A stretch of DNA of 64,000 nucleotides, from assembly GCA_963695855.1 (NCBI GenBank), contig CAVOHZ010000010.1, positions 1,280,001 through 1,344,000 of the forward strand. Reading direction: 5' to 3'. Shown piece by piece: positions 30,458 to 40,653 of this stretch. Under the pieces are notes generated by a model. The model had not been told where the DNA came from, made no database searches, and saw nothing but the letters and a program-made list of their open reading frames with translations. The stretch's first letter is position 1, and each line of letters opens with the position of its first letter. The translations under genes were made by a program, and so were the position numbers. This stretch comes from an uncultured Nitrososphaerales archaeon (lineage in GTDB: Archaea > Thermoproteota > Nitrososphaeria > Nitrososphaerales > Nitrososphaeraceae).

Positions 30458-30871
30458 CTACTCCGTTTTAGGTGGTATCAAGTAATTTGAAACTGGTGAT
30501 CCATGATGATGATTTATTAACCATTTTTTCTGGTTGTTATCATATTCAAATATGTTCGTTGCAACTACACCAGATTTAATTTTCCTTCCATTTATACTCA
30601 TTTCTATGTTCTCTAAGCAGGTTATTACAGCAATAACCTCCTGATATATTCTAGTCTTTGAGTTAGTAATTGTAAATTTAATATTTTCTGTATTAGCAAA
30701 TATTGTCACCCAACTTTCACGAATTGCCATCCAACCAACAAACATCTCCCAACCAGGATGTATACATATACAATTATCATTATGACTCCATATACTTTCC
30801 ATCATAGTGATTGAGAGATTCTCAAATGCCTCGTAAAATTTGGTATTGGCATTTTCTATATCCTTTAGCAT
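30458..30871 (-). CDS. SnoaL/NTF2-like protein
   Basis: ANTKFYEAF, CIHPGW, W.I.HHHGS. Confidence 0.88.
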   Translation of the reverse strand: MLKDIENANTKFYEAFENLSITMMESIWSHNDNCICIHPGWEMFVGWMAIRESWVTIFANTENIKFTITNSKTRIYQEVIAVITCLENIEMSINGRKIKSGVVATNIFEYDNNQKKWLINHHHGSPVSNYLIPPKTE

Positions 30872-31383
30872 ACTAATGACTAATTACTTTTCAACTATGA
30901 TATTAATATATTAAAAAGTATTGTAAATCAAATTTATTATCTCCAACTAGAACAAATACAGTAGCAAACTCTAAACTACTACCACCCTCAAGATGTCTTT
31001 TAGGTAGATGACCCCTAACAATAGTCTCACAAACTAACTCCAGATGGGGTTTAAAAATACAAACTTTATTCCCTAAAATTAATTCTATCTTCTTTTTATT
31101 TTTATTATTTTTTGATAATTCAATGAAAAATTTATCTTCTAATAACTTTTGTGCTGATATAAATTTAGGAATATTAAGTTGACTTAATCTGTAATTTTCA
31201 TTCAATTAGAATAATAGGAAATAGCTTTATAAATTCATAGAGATGATTTAAGAGAGAAAGAGAAAAGATAAAACAATGCAAAAGACATCAATATCTTTAT
31301 TAGAATCTAATTAAAAATTTTGATAATAAATAATAACAACAATAATATTATAATTAATCAGAAATAAAAAAAATTGTAATTTT

Positions 31384-31947
31384 TTATTGTCTATTAAACG
31401 ATCTTTCTATTTTTTGGACATAATTGAAGTTATTTTGTACGATGTCGTTGCAATATCTTCGTGTGAGTTCTATTGATTTATTAAAATTCTCGATACCACC
31501 AACAGCGATTTCATTTATAATGTTTCTTGAATTGACGGTATAATCTTGTATGTTTTTATTTAATGTATTATATATTTCAGAATATCTTTCTGGTATATTG
31601 TAATTTTTCCAGTATGAATTATTGATGTTATCAAAGAATTGAGCATGTGCTGATTTATATGTATCAAATACATTCTTTTGTAACTCTGTAGCGTTGTTTG
31701 ACATTTCCTGTATTGTTTTGTTAATTTGTTCTTGAGATTTTCTGAAAGTATCTACATTATTTTCAAAAATTCTTATGTTATCATCTTGAAATTTATTTAT
31801 ACTTTGATTAATCTTGTCTGTAGTTTGAGATAGATTGGATACTGTATCCTTATATTGTTGTCTCTGTTGTTGTAGATATCTGTCTGTAGATTCTTTTAAT
31901 TGATTAGTAGTTTCTTTTACTATATTATCTTTTTTTGTTGAAGACAT
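31384..31947 (-). CDS. Gln/Asn-rich helical (phasin-like) protein
   Basis: Amphipathic helical composition; similar to the C-terminus of 54414-55427. Confidence 0.7.
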   Translation of the reverse strand: MSSTKKDNIVKETTNQLKESTDRYLQQQRQQYKDTVSNLSQTTDKINQSINKFQDDNIRIFENNVDTFRKSQEQINKTIQEMSNNATELQKNVFDTYKSAHAQFFDNINNSYWKNYNIPERYSEIYNTLNKNIQDYTVNSRNIINEIAVGGIENFNKSIELTRRYCNDIVQNNFNYVQKIERSFNRQ

Positions 31948-32068
31948 ATCACTGTATAAGTAATTTAATGATATAAAGATTAATACTTTTGACTATGTAC
32001 TCTTCATTTCCTTGTATAGGAAATTGGTTTCATCTATAGAAACAAATCTTGAATATTAGCAAAAATAT

Positions 32069-32109
32069 GACTCCACGAGTGAAGCGCCGAGTGGGACTCG
32101 ACACCAGAA
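32069..32109 (-). repeat. tRNA(Ser)-like att remnant, copy 4
   Basis: GACTCCACGAGTGAAGCGCCGAGTGGGACTCGACACCAGAA. Confidence 0.7.
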
Positions 32110-32252
32110 CTTTGGTTTTATGTATAGCTACTAGTCTCACAAGGTCTCTTTAAGATTGATGTATAAAATTATCAAAAATTTTTAAAAATACTATTTTTGA
32201 TGAAGGAATTATAAAATATCTCTGAATTATTGTATTTCTATAAAAAATATTA

Positions 32253-32342
32253 CAAATCATTTGGGGTAACAGAGCCTTGATACTATACGGGCTCAGAGGG
32301 CTTCGAGTACTATATGTAATTGGGATTGGTTTTCTATTATTT
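32253..32342 (-). repeat. tRNA(Lys)-like att site, arms L1+R3
   Basis: Left arm as at 1986-2020, right arm as at 7160-7196. Confidence 0.8.
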
Positions 32343-32675
32343 AATTTTATTTTTTACTATCAAGAATAGTGTAGACACAAAATGTTAACTCGGGGGGTTA
32401 TGATTCGAACCCTACCCAAAATCTCAGGGGTTAATATCAAAAGTGTCAATACGTAATGCAGTTATTTAGATCAATATACCTGCACATATTTTCTATTATA
32501 AATAAAGATAAACCACTTTATCGTAATTGCATATACAATAAGCCTCGTATCGACATCTCGGCTTGTATATCTGGAATGAAGAAAGTGATTTTTTCTAATA
32601 CCTTTAACAAAAAAGTACAGTTTAAATTCAAGAATTAAAGTAAAATCCTAAATTTTAATAATGGATACACATTTT

Positions 32676-33123
32676 AACTTAATTTCTTGACTTTCCCTCT
32701 GATTTTCCCATTTGGTTTATCCACTGTTAAAATATTTACATAGGCTTTTCCATCCTCTATTTTGTTGACTAATTCTTCAGTATCTTTTCCTTCTAACGGA
32801 CCTTTAAGATCATGTGAACTTATATCCCCTTCACATAATTTGCCCGTAACTTCATCTTATGGAATTTCCTATTTATACAACTCTGCAATTATTTCTTCTC
32901 CTTCACCGTATTTTCCTATATCAATATTGACTTGCTTTATCTTGCTCATTTCTGTAATCTTAACAGAGAAATTCAGATCACTATTATCTTGGGATTGAAA
33001 TGTCGCTAAGGCAGTATCTAAGGTATAAACTAGTGGAACTTGTTCTCTACCAGTAAGTATTGCGAAATAATCAACATATTCAATATCGTCATTATTCCTT
33101 TCATTATTATTAGAAAAATTCAT
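32676..33123 (-). pseudogene. CHRD-domain protein with internal stops
   Basis: LTGREQVP...GKAYVNILTVDKPNGKIRG. Confidence 0.75.
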
Positions 33124-33373
33124 GTGTTGATGAGCACACCATTTTAAATAGTTTCAGTACAACTTTATAGTAATTATTAATCTAATTAAATTATAGTCTC
33201 ATTATAATTAATTATCTTTTACAAAGTTTTTATATCATGATTCGTTTCTGGCAAAGACAAATTTTTTCTTAACTATTTGCCTGCTATGACCTCCAACACC
33301 AAAATAGCCTTTCTGTTATTGTAGTAAAAAAAGAAATCCTTTATTCTATTAGTTACTACTATATTGTATTACT

Positions 33374-33763
33374 ATGGCAAAATTTGTTGAAATGGACGAG
33401 AGAGTAAATTTTAAGGATCAGATTCAAGAAAAAGAAATTGAGGGTTCTGTAATTCTAATAAACAAATTCAATGTAGAACCAGATAAGGTTGACCAGTTTT
33501 TAAAGGATTGGGCAGAGGATGCTACTAACTTTAAACAGCAACCAGGATTTATTTTCACACAATTGCACAAAGGGATTGGAAAAAGTACCGTATTCATTAA
33601 TTATGCAGTTTGGGAATCCATAGAGCACTATAAGGAAGCGGTTAACAAAATAATATTTAGTTCCCATACAAAATCATCACTTTTAAAATATGATGATGAT
33701 AGTTTAGTAGTCTCGCCACATTTATTCAAGAAGGTCCATGTTCCAGGAATATGTGTAGAGTAA
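33374..33763 (+). CDS. antibiotic biosynthesis monooxygenase (ABM) family protein
   Basis: LINKF, QQPGFI.TQLH, NYAVWES. Confidence 0.88.
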   Translation: MAKFVEMDERVNFKDQIQEKEIEGSVILINKFNVEPDKVDQFLKDWAEDATNFKQQPGFIFTQLHKGIGKSTVFINYAVWESIEHYKEAVNKIIFSSHTKSSLLKYDDDSLVVSPHLFKKVHVPGICVE

Positions 33764-33792
33764 TAGGTGAAAATATAAACTAAAGATGTATA

Positions 33793-33840
33793 GGGGCTCG
33801 GAGGTGTGTAAACCTATTTTCACACAATTTTGTAGTTCAA
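33793..33840 (-). repeat. tRNA(Lys)-like att site, arm R2
   Basis: GGGGCTCGGAGGTGTGTAAACCTATTTTCACACAATTTTGTAGTTCAA. Confidence 0.8.
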
Positions 33841-34047
33841 TTCTATGGTTATAATGGATATTAGTTGAATGTGATCATTTTCTATCTAAATAAGTTTTTT
33901 TAATTTTAAAATAGAGAGATTATAAATATGAATGAATGTAAAATAAGAACATTATTTTAGTATAGTGATAACTATTAGCTAGTATCCTTGACAATGCTTT
34001 ATACTTTATAGAAAAATGTATGACTAAGTGTTGCTTACTTATTTCCT

Positions 34048-35685
34048 ATGGATGAAAGAGAAGGGCAACCACACGAAGAGGAAAATATTCCAGCATCCGG
34101 TTTGAGTCCTTTTAGTTCGAGTCTGTACAGGACGTTGTGGATTGCTGCTCTCTTTTTATTTATTGGGGCAGCTATGTATGATGTAGGGGCGTCGTGGTTA
34201 ATGACTTCACTTGCTCCAAATCCTTTATTCGTTTCTCTGATCACAACAGCGACTACTCTACCAATTTTTCTCTTTGCATTACCATCTGGGACATTATCTG
34301 ATATTTTTGACCGGCGTAGAATACTCCTTATTTCATGTGCATACATGTTTACAATATCCACAATACTGGGAATGCTCACTCTTGTTGGTGTGACTACCCC
34401 AACGGTATTGTTGATACTTACTTTTGCGCTAGGAGCAGGTATGACTATGATTAGGACTCCAATTATTCCTATCATGACTGGACTAGTATCAAGCTCAGAA
34501 ATACCTTCTGCTCTCACCCTTAGTGCTGTTGCTGGTAACATAGGGCGTATCATTGGCTTTGCAGTTGGTGGTTTTATTGTAGCAGCAATTGCACCTTGGG
34601 CTGTCTTTTTTCTTAATTCAGCTTCATTTATTGGAATGATTATAGTCCTGAGTAGATTACCAAGAAAGTCTCATGTGAACCAACAAAGTTCTCTGCCTCC
34701 TGAGAATATAATTCGAGCTATTCGAGCTCAGATACGTTATGTACGCTATTCTCAAGCAGCACATGTATTAATAGTCCGTGCAGGTTTATTCACATTATGT
34801 AGTAGTGCATTATTATCTCTCTTGCCACTCTTAGCTAAAAATGAATTAGGACTTGATTCGACAGGTTTTGGACTTTTATTAGGATCTTTTGCTATGGGTG
34901 CAATAATTGGTGGAATTGTAATTTTGCCAAAATTGCGATCTAAGGTTTCAGTAGAATCTCTTATTACAGGTTCCATAGGGTTACTTGCAATGGTAATATT
35001 CACAACGGGATATATACGAGATTTTGCTATTCTTTGTATAGTCCTAGGGCTAGGAGGAGTAGCTTACATCACGATATTATCCAGATTTTATACCATTGGA
35101 ATGAAATCTGCGCCAAAGTGGATTGGAGCCAGAGTACTAGCAGTTTATCTGCTTGTACTAAATGGTGGTTTAGCAGTTGGAAGTATAATATGGGGTACAA
35201 TAGCTAACACATTTGGCATCCCAATCACCCTATCAGTAGCTTCGTTAGCCTTAGGTGCAACCATTATCGCTAGTAAGCGTTACAGCACTACTTTGTTGAA
35301 TGACCTCGATTTTACAGCAGCAAGTGACCACTGGTCACTTCCTTCTGAGCTCACAGTTGATCTTTCACAAAATGATAGTCAAGCCCTAATAACAATCGAC
35401 TATAAGATTGATCCTAAATTATCTGACGAGTTCGAACAGAGTGTACGTGAGTTAGGACGTATTCTTAAGAGCGAGGGAATGGCCTATTGGGAATTATTCC
35501 AGGACCCAGCAGATATTGGTCACTATATCGAAATCAGAATTGCAGATACATGGACTGACCATATGCGTCAGCATGAACGCGTTACCAAGAACGTTCAGAT
35601 TATGGAAGATAGAATCCGATTACTTCTCAAAGACGGCCCGCAACCAATAATCTCTCATTATATCGGAAAATCGACTCCTAAATAG
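34048..35685 (+). CDS. MFS transporter with C-terminal soluble domain
   Basis: About 12 TM helices; GTLSDIFDRRR motif A. Confidence 0.92.
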   Translation: MDEREGQPHEEENIPASGLSPFSSSLYRTLWIAALFLFIGAAMYDVGASWLMTSLAPNPLFVSLITTATTLPIFLFALPSGTLSDIFDRRRILLISCAYMFTISTILGMLTLVGVTTPTVLLILTFALGAGMTMIRTPIIPIMTGLVSSSEIPSALTLSAVAGNIGRIIGFAVGGFIVAAIAPWAVFFLNSASFIGMIIVLSRLPRKSHVNQQSSLPPENIIRAIRAQIRYVRYSQAAHVLIVRAGLFTLCSSALLSLLPLLAKNELGLDSTGFGLLLGSFAMGAIIGGIVILPKLRSKVSVESLITGSIGLLAMVIFTTGYIRDFAILCIVLGLGGVAYITILSRFYTIGMKSAPKWIGARVLAVYLLVLNGGLAVGSIIWGTIANTFGIPITLSVASLALGATIIASKRYSTTLLNDLDFTAASDHWSLPSELTVDLSQNDSQALITIDYKIDPKLSDEFEQSVRELGRILKSEGMAYWELFQDPADIGHYIEIRIADTWTDHMRQHERVTKNVQIMEDRIRLLLKDGPQPIISHYIGKSTPK

Positions 35686-35776
35686 TTCACTCGCCTACAT
35701 TGGCTCCACTTTTTTCCAGATATTTGAGTCAAAATTGCCATAATTTCATTATTCCTTTCCAATCTAAATTGCGGAT

Positions 35777-36110
35777 CTTAGGAAAGAATTGAATTCTGGT
35801 TAAATATTAAGACTTAGACCATTTGGAAAAACACTACAATATGGCTTAGATAATGTAAAAATTGATCCCAAACATGGCTACGCTATATGGATAGAAGAGG
35901 ATTTATTGTACTCCTCCATTAGTCATGGAAAGAGAAAGTGTTCTTGATAAATATTTTGAGGATATTACAGTTCATCTTATTGCCTCAAAAAAAAGGCTAG
36001 ATAGGATTGACAATATTTCTGGACTTGACTAAATAGAATGGAATATTGAATTAAAAAAGAAAGCCAATAATTAAATCGTAAATTATTATTAAATGGAGCT
36101 TTAGATTTAC
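35777..36110 (+). pseudogene. degraded copy of the 29438-29797 gene and its 3' flank
   Basis: Nucleotide alignment with 29501-29837; stops and frameshifts. Confidence 0.85.
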
Positions 36111-36127
36111 AGATCGTTGCAATTATC

Positions 36128-36177
36128 CGGGCTCGGAGGTGTGTGAACTGATTTTGACACAATTTTGTAGTTCAAAA
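36128..36177 (-). repeat. tRNA(Lys)-like att site, arm R2
   Basis: Identical to 3540-3589. Confidence 0.85.
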
Positions 36178-36246
36178 TAAATCATTTTTTAAAAAGAAAT
36201 AATCTTTTGATCTAACTTATAGTATTCTACTTAACTAATAATACTA

Positions 36247-36681
36247 GTGCCAGAAATGTCTAAAGATGAAATTAGAAATTTTCTTTTGCAAGGAACTTTT
36301 ACAGGAAAACTAGGAACAATTAACAAGAATGGGACACCACATGTAGTTCCAATATGGTTTACCCTAGACGATGAAGATAATATCATATTTAATACTGGTA
36401 GCAAATCCATAAAAGCAAAAAATATTCAACGTGACAATCTAGTTCGTTTATGTGTAGACGATCAAGTTCCACTTTTCTCATTTGTTACTATTGATGGTAT
36501 TGCAGAAATAATTAGTAATAAGCCAATTGAAATTTTTAAGTGGGCTAAAATAATAGCAGCAAGGTATATGGGTGATGATAAAGCAGAAGAGTATGGTAAG
36601 AGAAATAGTTCAGAAGGAGAACTCCTTTTAAAAATAAAACCAACCAAAGTTATTGGTCAAAAAGATATAGCAGGATGGTAA
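36247..36681 (+). CDS. PPOX-class F420-dependent oxidoreductase
   Basis: LGTINKNGTPHVVPIWF, KAKNIQRD motifs. Confidence 0.9.
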   Translation: MPEMSKDEIRNFLLQGTFTGKLGTINKNGTPHVVPIWFTLDDEDNIIFNTGSKSIKAKNIQRDNLVRLCVDDQVPLFSFVTIDGIAEIISNKPIEIFKWAKIIAARYMGDDKAEEYGKRNSSEGELLLKIKPTKVIGQKDIAGW

Positions 36682-36894
36682 TTAATTCAACTTTTCATAA
36701 AGAATCTATTTTTTTTATCTATTCCAAATTAAATGTTAAAACATATTTCATAAGTGATTGATATTATAGTTGTTCTGAGTGCTTCGACGATTACATTATT
36801 GAAATTTGTAAACTGGTATTCAGCTATTTGGTAACTTATTTTAAATACTCGTCATAAAATTTCTGATAGAACTATTAAGAAACAAAAGGAATTC

Positions 36895-36929
36895 AGTGGG
36901 ATTTGAACCCTTCTATCAAGTGGGACCAG
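36895..36929 (-). repeat. tRNA T-arm-like remnant with a distinct arm
   Basis: AGTGGGATTTGAACCCTTCTATCAAGTGGGACCAG; degenerate copy at 63686-63720. Confidence 0.5.
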
Positions 36930-37320
36930 TTATTTTTGAATAAATATTATTATCTATCTATTCTTTAATTTTGCATTCTTATTTTGAATTTTTACTACTT
37001 TTGCTTATTGTTTTACGTTAAATACTCCACAACTATTATTTGCACATAAAATAACGATTCTAGATGGTATTGTGTGTGCCCTATAAATATATAGAGATAG
37101 ATATTACATTTCCAAAATCAAGAAAGAATGATTGTAATCCTTCTCGAATAAGAAGTTTTTTTAAGATGTATCATTTTTCTTAGATAACATAAAGTTAGGA
37201 ATCTGTCCGTACTTTAACCACCAAAATTGTAGTAAATTTATATCTTCTTAAGGAAACGATTATCAAACTTTTTCTATTTTAACCAAAAATCTTATCTCTT
37301 ACTTATCACTTTTTTATATA

Positions 37321-40224
37321 ATGTTAAATAACAAGACAGCTAAAAACTGTAATGACATTTTTTTAATTTTTGTTAGTATTAGTCTCATTATACCACTTTT
37401 GATGTTTTTTATTCCTGCATCATATGGTCAAGGCCCTGATGAACCTTTAGAGGAGATACTTAATGAAACTGTTAGTTCCTCAAATGCCACAGATCAACAA
37501 GGACTAGAAGAAGAACAACCACCATCAGAAGAACAACAACAACAACAAGAACAACAAACATGTCTTGAAGGTGAAGTACTCAATCTAGAGACACTGACAT
37601 GTGAGCCAGCTACAACAGTAGAAGGACTAGAAGAAGAACAACCACCATCAGAAGAACAACAACAACAACAAGAACAACAAACATGTCTTGAAGGTGAAGT
37701 ACTCAATCTAGAGACACTGACATGTGAGCCAGCTACAACAGTAGAAGGAGAAGGAGGAGAACAAGAACAAGTACCTGCAGCAAATACTACAGCAGAAACA
37801 ACAACAACAGATACTACAGGTACAGAAACAACTACTGATCAAAACCAAACAACAACAACAACACCAACAGACCTAGCAGAGCTAATAACAACTCAAGAAA
37901 CAACTACTGATCAAAACCAAACAACAACAACAACGCCAACAGACCTAGCAGAGATAATAACAACTCAAGAAACAACTACTGATCAAAACCAAACAACACC
38001 TAAAGCACCAATAACACCTAAAGCACCAATAACACCTAAAGCACCAATAACAGCTACTGATCAAAAACAAACAACAACAATACAGAAAGAGATCACCTGT
38101 AATCCCTCCGAGGAGTTATTGAAGAAAGGCTCTTCTGGAAATGCAGTTGAGACTCTACAAACTATTCTTCAAGGAATGGGTTATTATACAGATGACATAG
38201 ACCAAAAATTTGGACCAAATACTGAAAAAGCAGTTAAACAATTCCAAAAGAAAAATGATTTGAAGCCAATAGATGGTAAAGTTGGAAAAATTACATGGGC
38301 AAAGTTATGTGCATTATATAATAAGAAAAATATAGTCACACAACAACAACAACCAACGGCTACAGACTTAGAACAGCTAACAGTAACAGGCCAAAGCCCA
38401 CCAACAGCAACAGGAACAACTAGTACTGGTGCAGTAGCAACACCAAAAGCAACTAAACCTTTTTATCAATCACAACAGTTCAATTGTGATCCTAAATCTG
38501 CCACTTTGCAAGTTCCTGCAAAAGGGAATAAAGTTATAGAATTGCAGACATATTTGACTGACTTGGGGTATGGTGATTTACTAGACCCAGAAAAAATCGA
38601 TGGAAAATTTGGGCCACATACAAAAAATTCGGTAATGGCGTATCAAAAAGATTTTGGTTTATCTGTTGACGGAAAGGTTGGTCCTCAAACTTGGGGTTCG
38701 CTCTGTGAACAAATTTCATTGTTGCCTACAACATTTCATAAGAGTTCCGCAACAACAACATCAACACCAACCTCTGAAGATGGTCAAGCCAATACTGCTA
38801 CGCCTACTGGTGTAGTTCTGCAGTACTACTGTAGTCCCTCATCTCCCACTTTAAAGATAGAAGCAAAAGGATCAGCAGTTACTAACTTACAGAAGATACT
38901 AATAGATTTGGGATATGATGTTGGGTCTAATGGTGCTGACGGTGACTTTGGAGGAGATACTCAAAAAGCAGTCATAAAATTCCAGCAAGACAAAGGATTA
39001 GAGAAAGTTAACGGGGAAGTGGGACCAGAGACATGGGAGGCATTATGTGCAGCTGCATCTCCAGCATCTTCTACTACACCGGCAGCATCTTCTACTACAC
39101 CGGCAGCATCAGAGGTAGATTGTGATCCCTCAAACGCTGAGATAGTACATCCGAGTAAGGTATACCAAAAGGGAATGTGGTCGTTTACTTATGGAGTCTT
39201 TAAGGGGCAAGGATTAACCATAAAACCTCTTTTTGCTAACCACAACCTGCTTCTTGATAGCCTAAGTGTACCACACTTCAAAATCGATTATGGAGGAGGA
39301 AAATCAAAAATCGTAAGATTCTGCAACGATGAAAATACTTTTCCACCTGAGATTTTTAGCGAAGTCAACCAAGCAAAGAAAAAATATGACAGGTTAGAGT
39401 GGGGTTTTAAAAAGGTCATAAATGAGCCGGATCTGAAAGGAGTGTTGCATATTCTCTATAATATTATTATAAGAACAGATCCAGTGACCAACTGCGAATT
39501 CTCTACTGCCGAATGTTATAGATTTATACCGATGATCACATTCAGTTGGTCCGGATGGGCAGGAGTAGGTCAGGATCCTATTGGTCCACTTCCTGAAAAA
39601 TTTGACAAGTTTACAGTATTCTACAAGTTAGATTATGGCGAAAATTCTGGATTAGTAGAGTTTAGGGACTATAATTTTAACATTGCCAACCTTTATGCAA
39701 GTGGGTTCAGAGATTTCGTCCCAAATGAAATTAATCTACGAGCGGTAACAAATGGTCAAGAGGGAAAGACTGATAATTTTCATAATGCACACTTGGGGCA
39801 GGATGTCATGCTTCCAGGATGTAGATCAACAGCTGGAGATTGTCTCCATATTCATTGGAGGTGGGGAGATATGACTCCTACGATAGATCCTTTGGTCGAC
39901 ACAGTAACTGATATGCCAGTGGATGACAGCAAAGAAGGTAAACCATATCTGGTTCCAGGACAAACTATTGATGTCACAATAGCTAGATATCATCCTCAGG
40001 AGGCGTTTTCCACGGATCCAACCACATTAGTTAACGGTGAGATAGTTGGTTCTACAAAAAGAGAAGATTATCCAGATCCAGCGACGGGGTTGCCTCCTGT
40101 AAGCGTGATTCGTACGCTCGCTTCTTCACAACATCCCGTTGTCTGGTACATGGCATCAGTGTCAGATTCAAACGAGAACGAGTTTTTCAGACATGGAATG
40201 TTTGTCTTAGACAGCACAAAATAA
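37321..40224 (+). CDS. large secreted protein with three peptidoglycan-binding (PG_binding_1-like) domains
   Basis: Three L..G..G..V..LQ..L...GY...DG.FG..T..AV..FQ...L..DG.VG..TW units; E/Q/T-rich repeats; N-terminal TM helix. Confidence 0.88.
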   Translation: MLNNKTAKNCNDIFLIFVSISLIIPLLMFFIPASYGQGPDEPLEEILNETVSSSNATDQQGLEEEQPPSEEQQQQQEQQTCLEGEVLNLETLTCEPATTVEGLEEEQPPSEEQQQQQEQQTCLEGEVLNLETLTCEPATTVEGEGGEQEQVPAANTTAETTTTDTTGTETTTDQNQTTTTTPTDLAELITTQETTTDQNQTTTTTPTDLAEIITTQETTTDQNQTTPKAPITPKAPITPKAPITATDQKQTTTIQKEITCNPSEELLKKGSSGNAVETLQTILQGMGYYTDDIDQKFGPNTEKAVKQFQKKNDLKPIDGKVGKITWAKLCALYNKKNIVTQQQQPTATDLEQLTVTGQSPPTATGTTSTGAVATPKATKPFYQSQQFNCDPKSATLQVPAKGNKVIELQTYLTDLGYGDLLDPEKIDGKFGPHTKNSVMAYQKDFGLSVDGKVGPQTWGSLCEQISLLPTTFHKSSATTTSTPTSEDGQANTATPTGVVLQYYCSPSSPTLKIEAKGSAVTNLQKILIDLGYDVGSNGADGDFGGDTQKAVIKFQQDKGLEKVNGEVGPETWEALCAAASPASSTTPAASSTTPAASEVDCDPSNAEIVHPSKVYQKGMWSFTYGVFKGQGLTIKPLFANHNLLLDSLSVPHFKIDYGGGKSKIVRFCNDENTFPPEIFSEVNQAKKKYDRLEWGFKKVINEPDLKGVLHILYNIIIRTDPVTNCEFSTAECYRFIPMITFSWSGWAGVGQDPIGPLPEKFDKFTVFYKLDYGENSGLVEFRDYNFNIANLYASGFRDFVPNEINLRAVTNGQEGKTDNFHNAHLGQDVMLPGCRSTAGDCLHIHWRWGDMTPTIDPLVDTVTDMPVDDSKEGKPYLVPGQTIDVTIARYHPQEAFSTDPTTLVNGEIVGSTKREDYPDPATGLPPVSVIRTLASSQHPVVWYMASVSDSNENEFFRHGMFVLDSTK
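37501..38052 (+). repeat. intragenic tandem repeats (123 bp x2, 66 bp x2+, 18 bp x3)
   Basis: Direct repeats visible in DNA and protein. Confidence 0.9.
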
Positions 40225-40653
40225 TGAAGCAAACTGTGACTCCTTACATCATCGAAACGATTCTCCATACTAAAGGTTCCTGGGGTAGTCCCTGTCAGCC
40301 CCCTACAGCCGTGCGATAGAAAAGGTAGAGGATACCTTGAACACATTTATAGCCCATCCTCAACTGTTAAGCCAGAAAGAGGTCATTTTCAAGAGCCGTT
40401 ACTTTATATGGGTAACATAAAATAATAAAATGGAGCTCCTTTACATATGAGTTCTTTTTTTTGTAAGTCTAGAATTACCTCATCATTACTATGACTAATA
40501 TTATGTACAGTAAAACTTTGAGCCATTATTTGTTGACAATCGTAATCATGTTGTTACTTGTTTATAAGAACTATGTGTAATAACATGAACAGTACGGAGG
40601 ATATAGGATATAATACCTACCTTTTGAAATTTATTATTATTCTTAAAATAGAT

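Noticed and set aside
32391-32412. Additional tRNA-like fragment CGGGGGGTTATGATTCGAACCT
   Set aside because: Single, degenerate and without a shared arm; cannot be supported.
3218-36162. Protein family beginning MCQNQFTHLRARII (ORFs 3218-3574 and 35977-36162)
   Set aside because: It is the translation of the non-coding R2 repeat; the sequences diverge right after the core.
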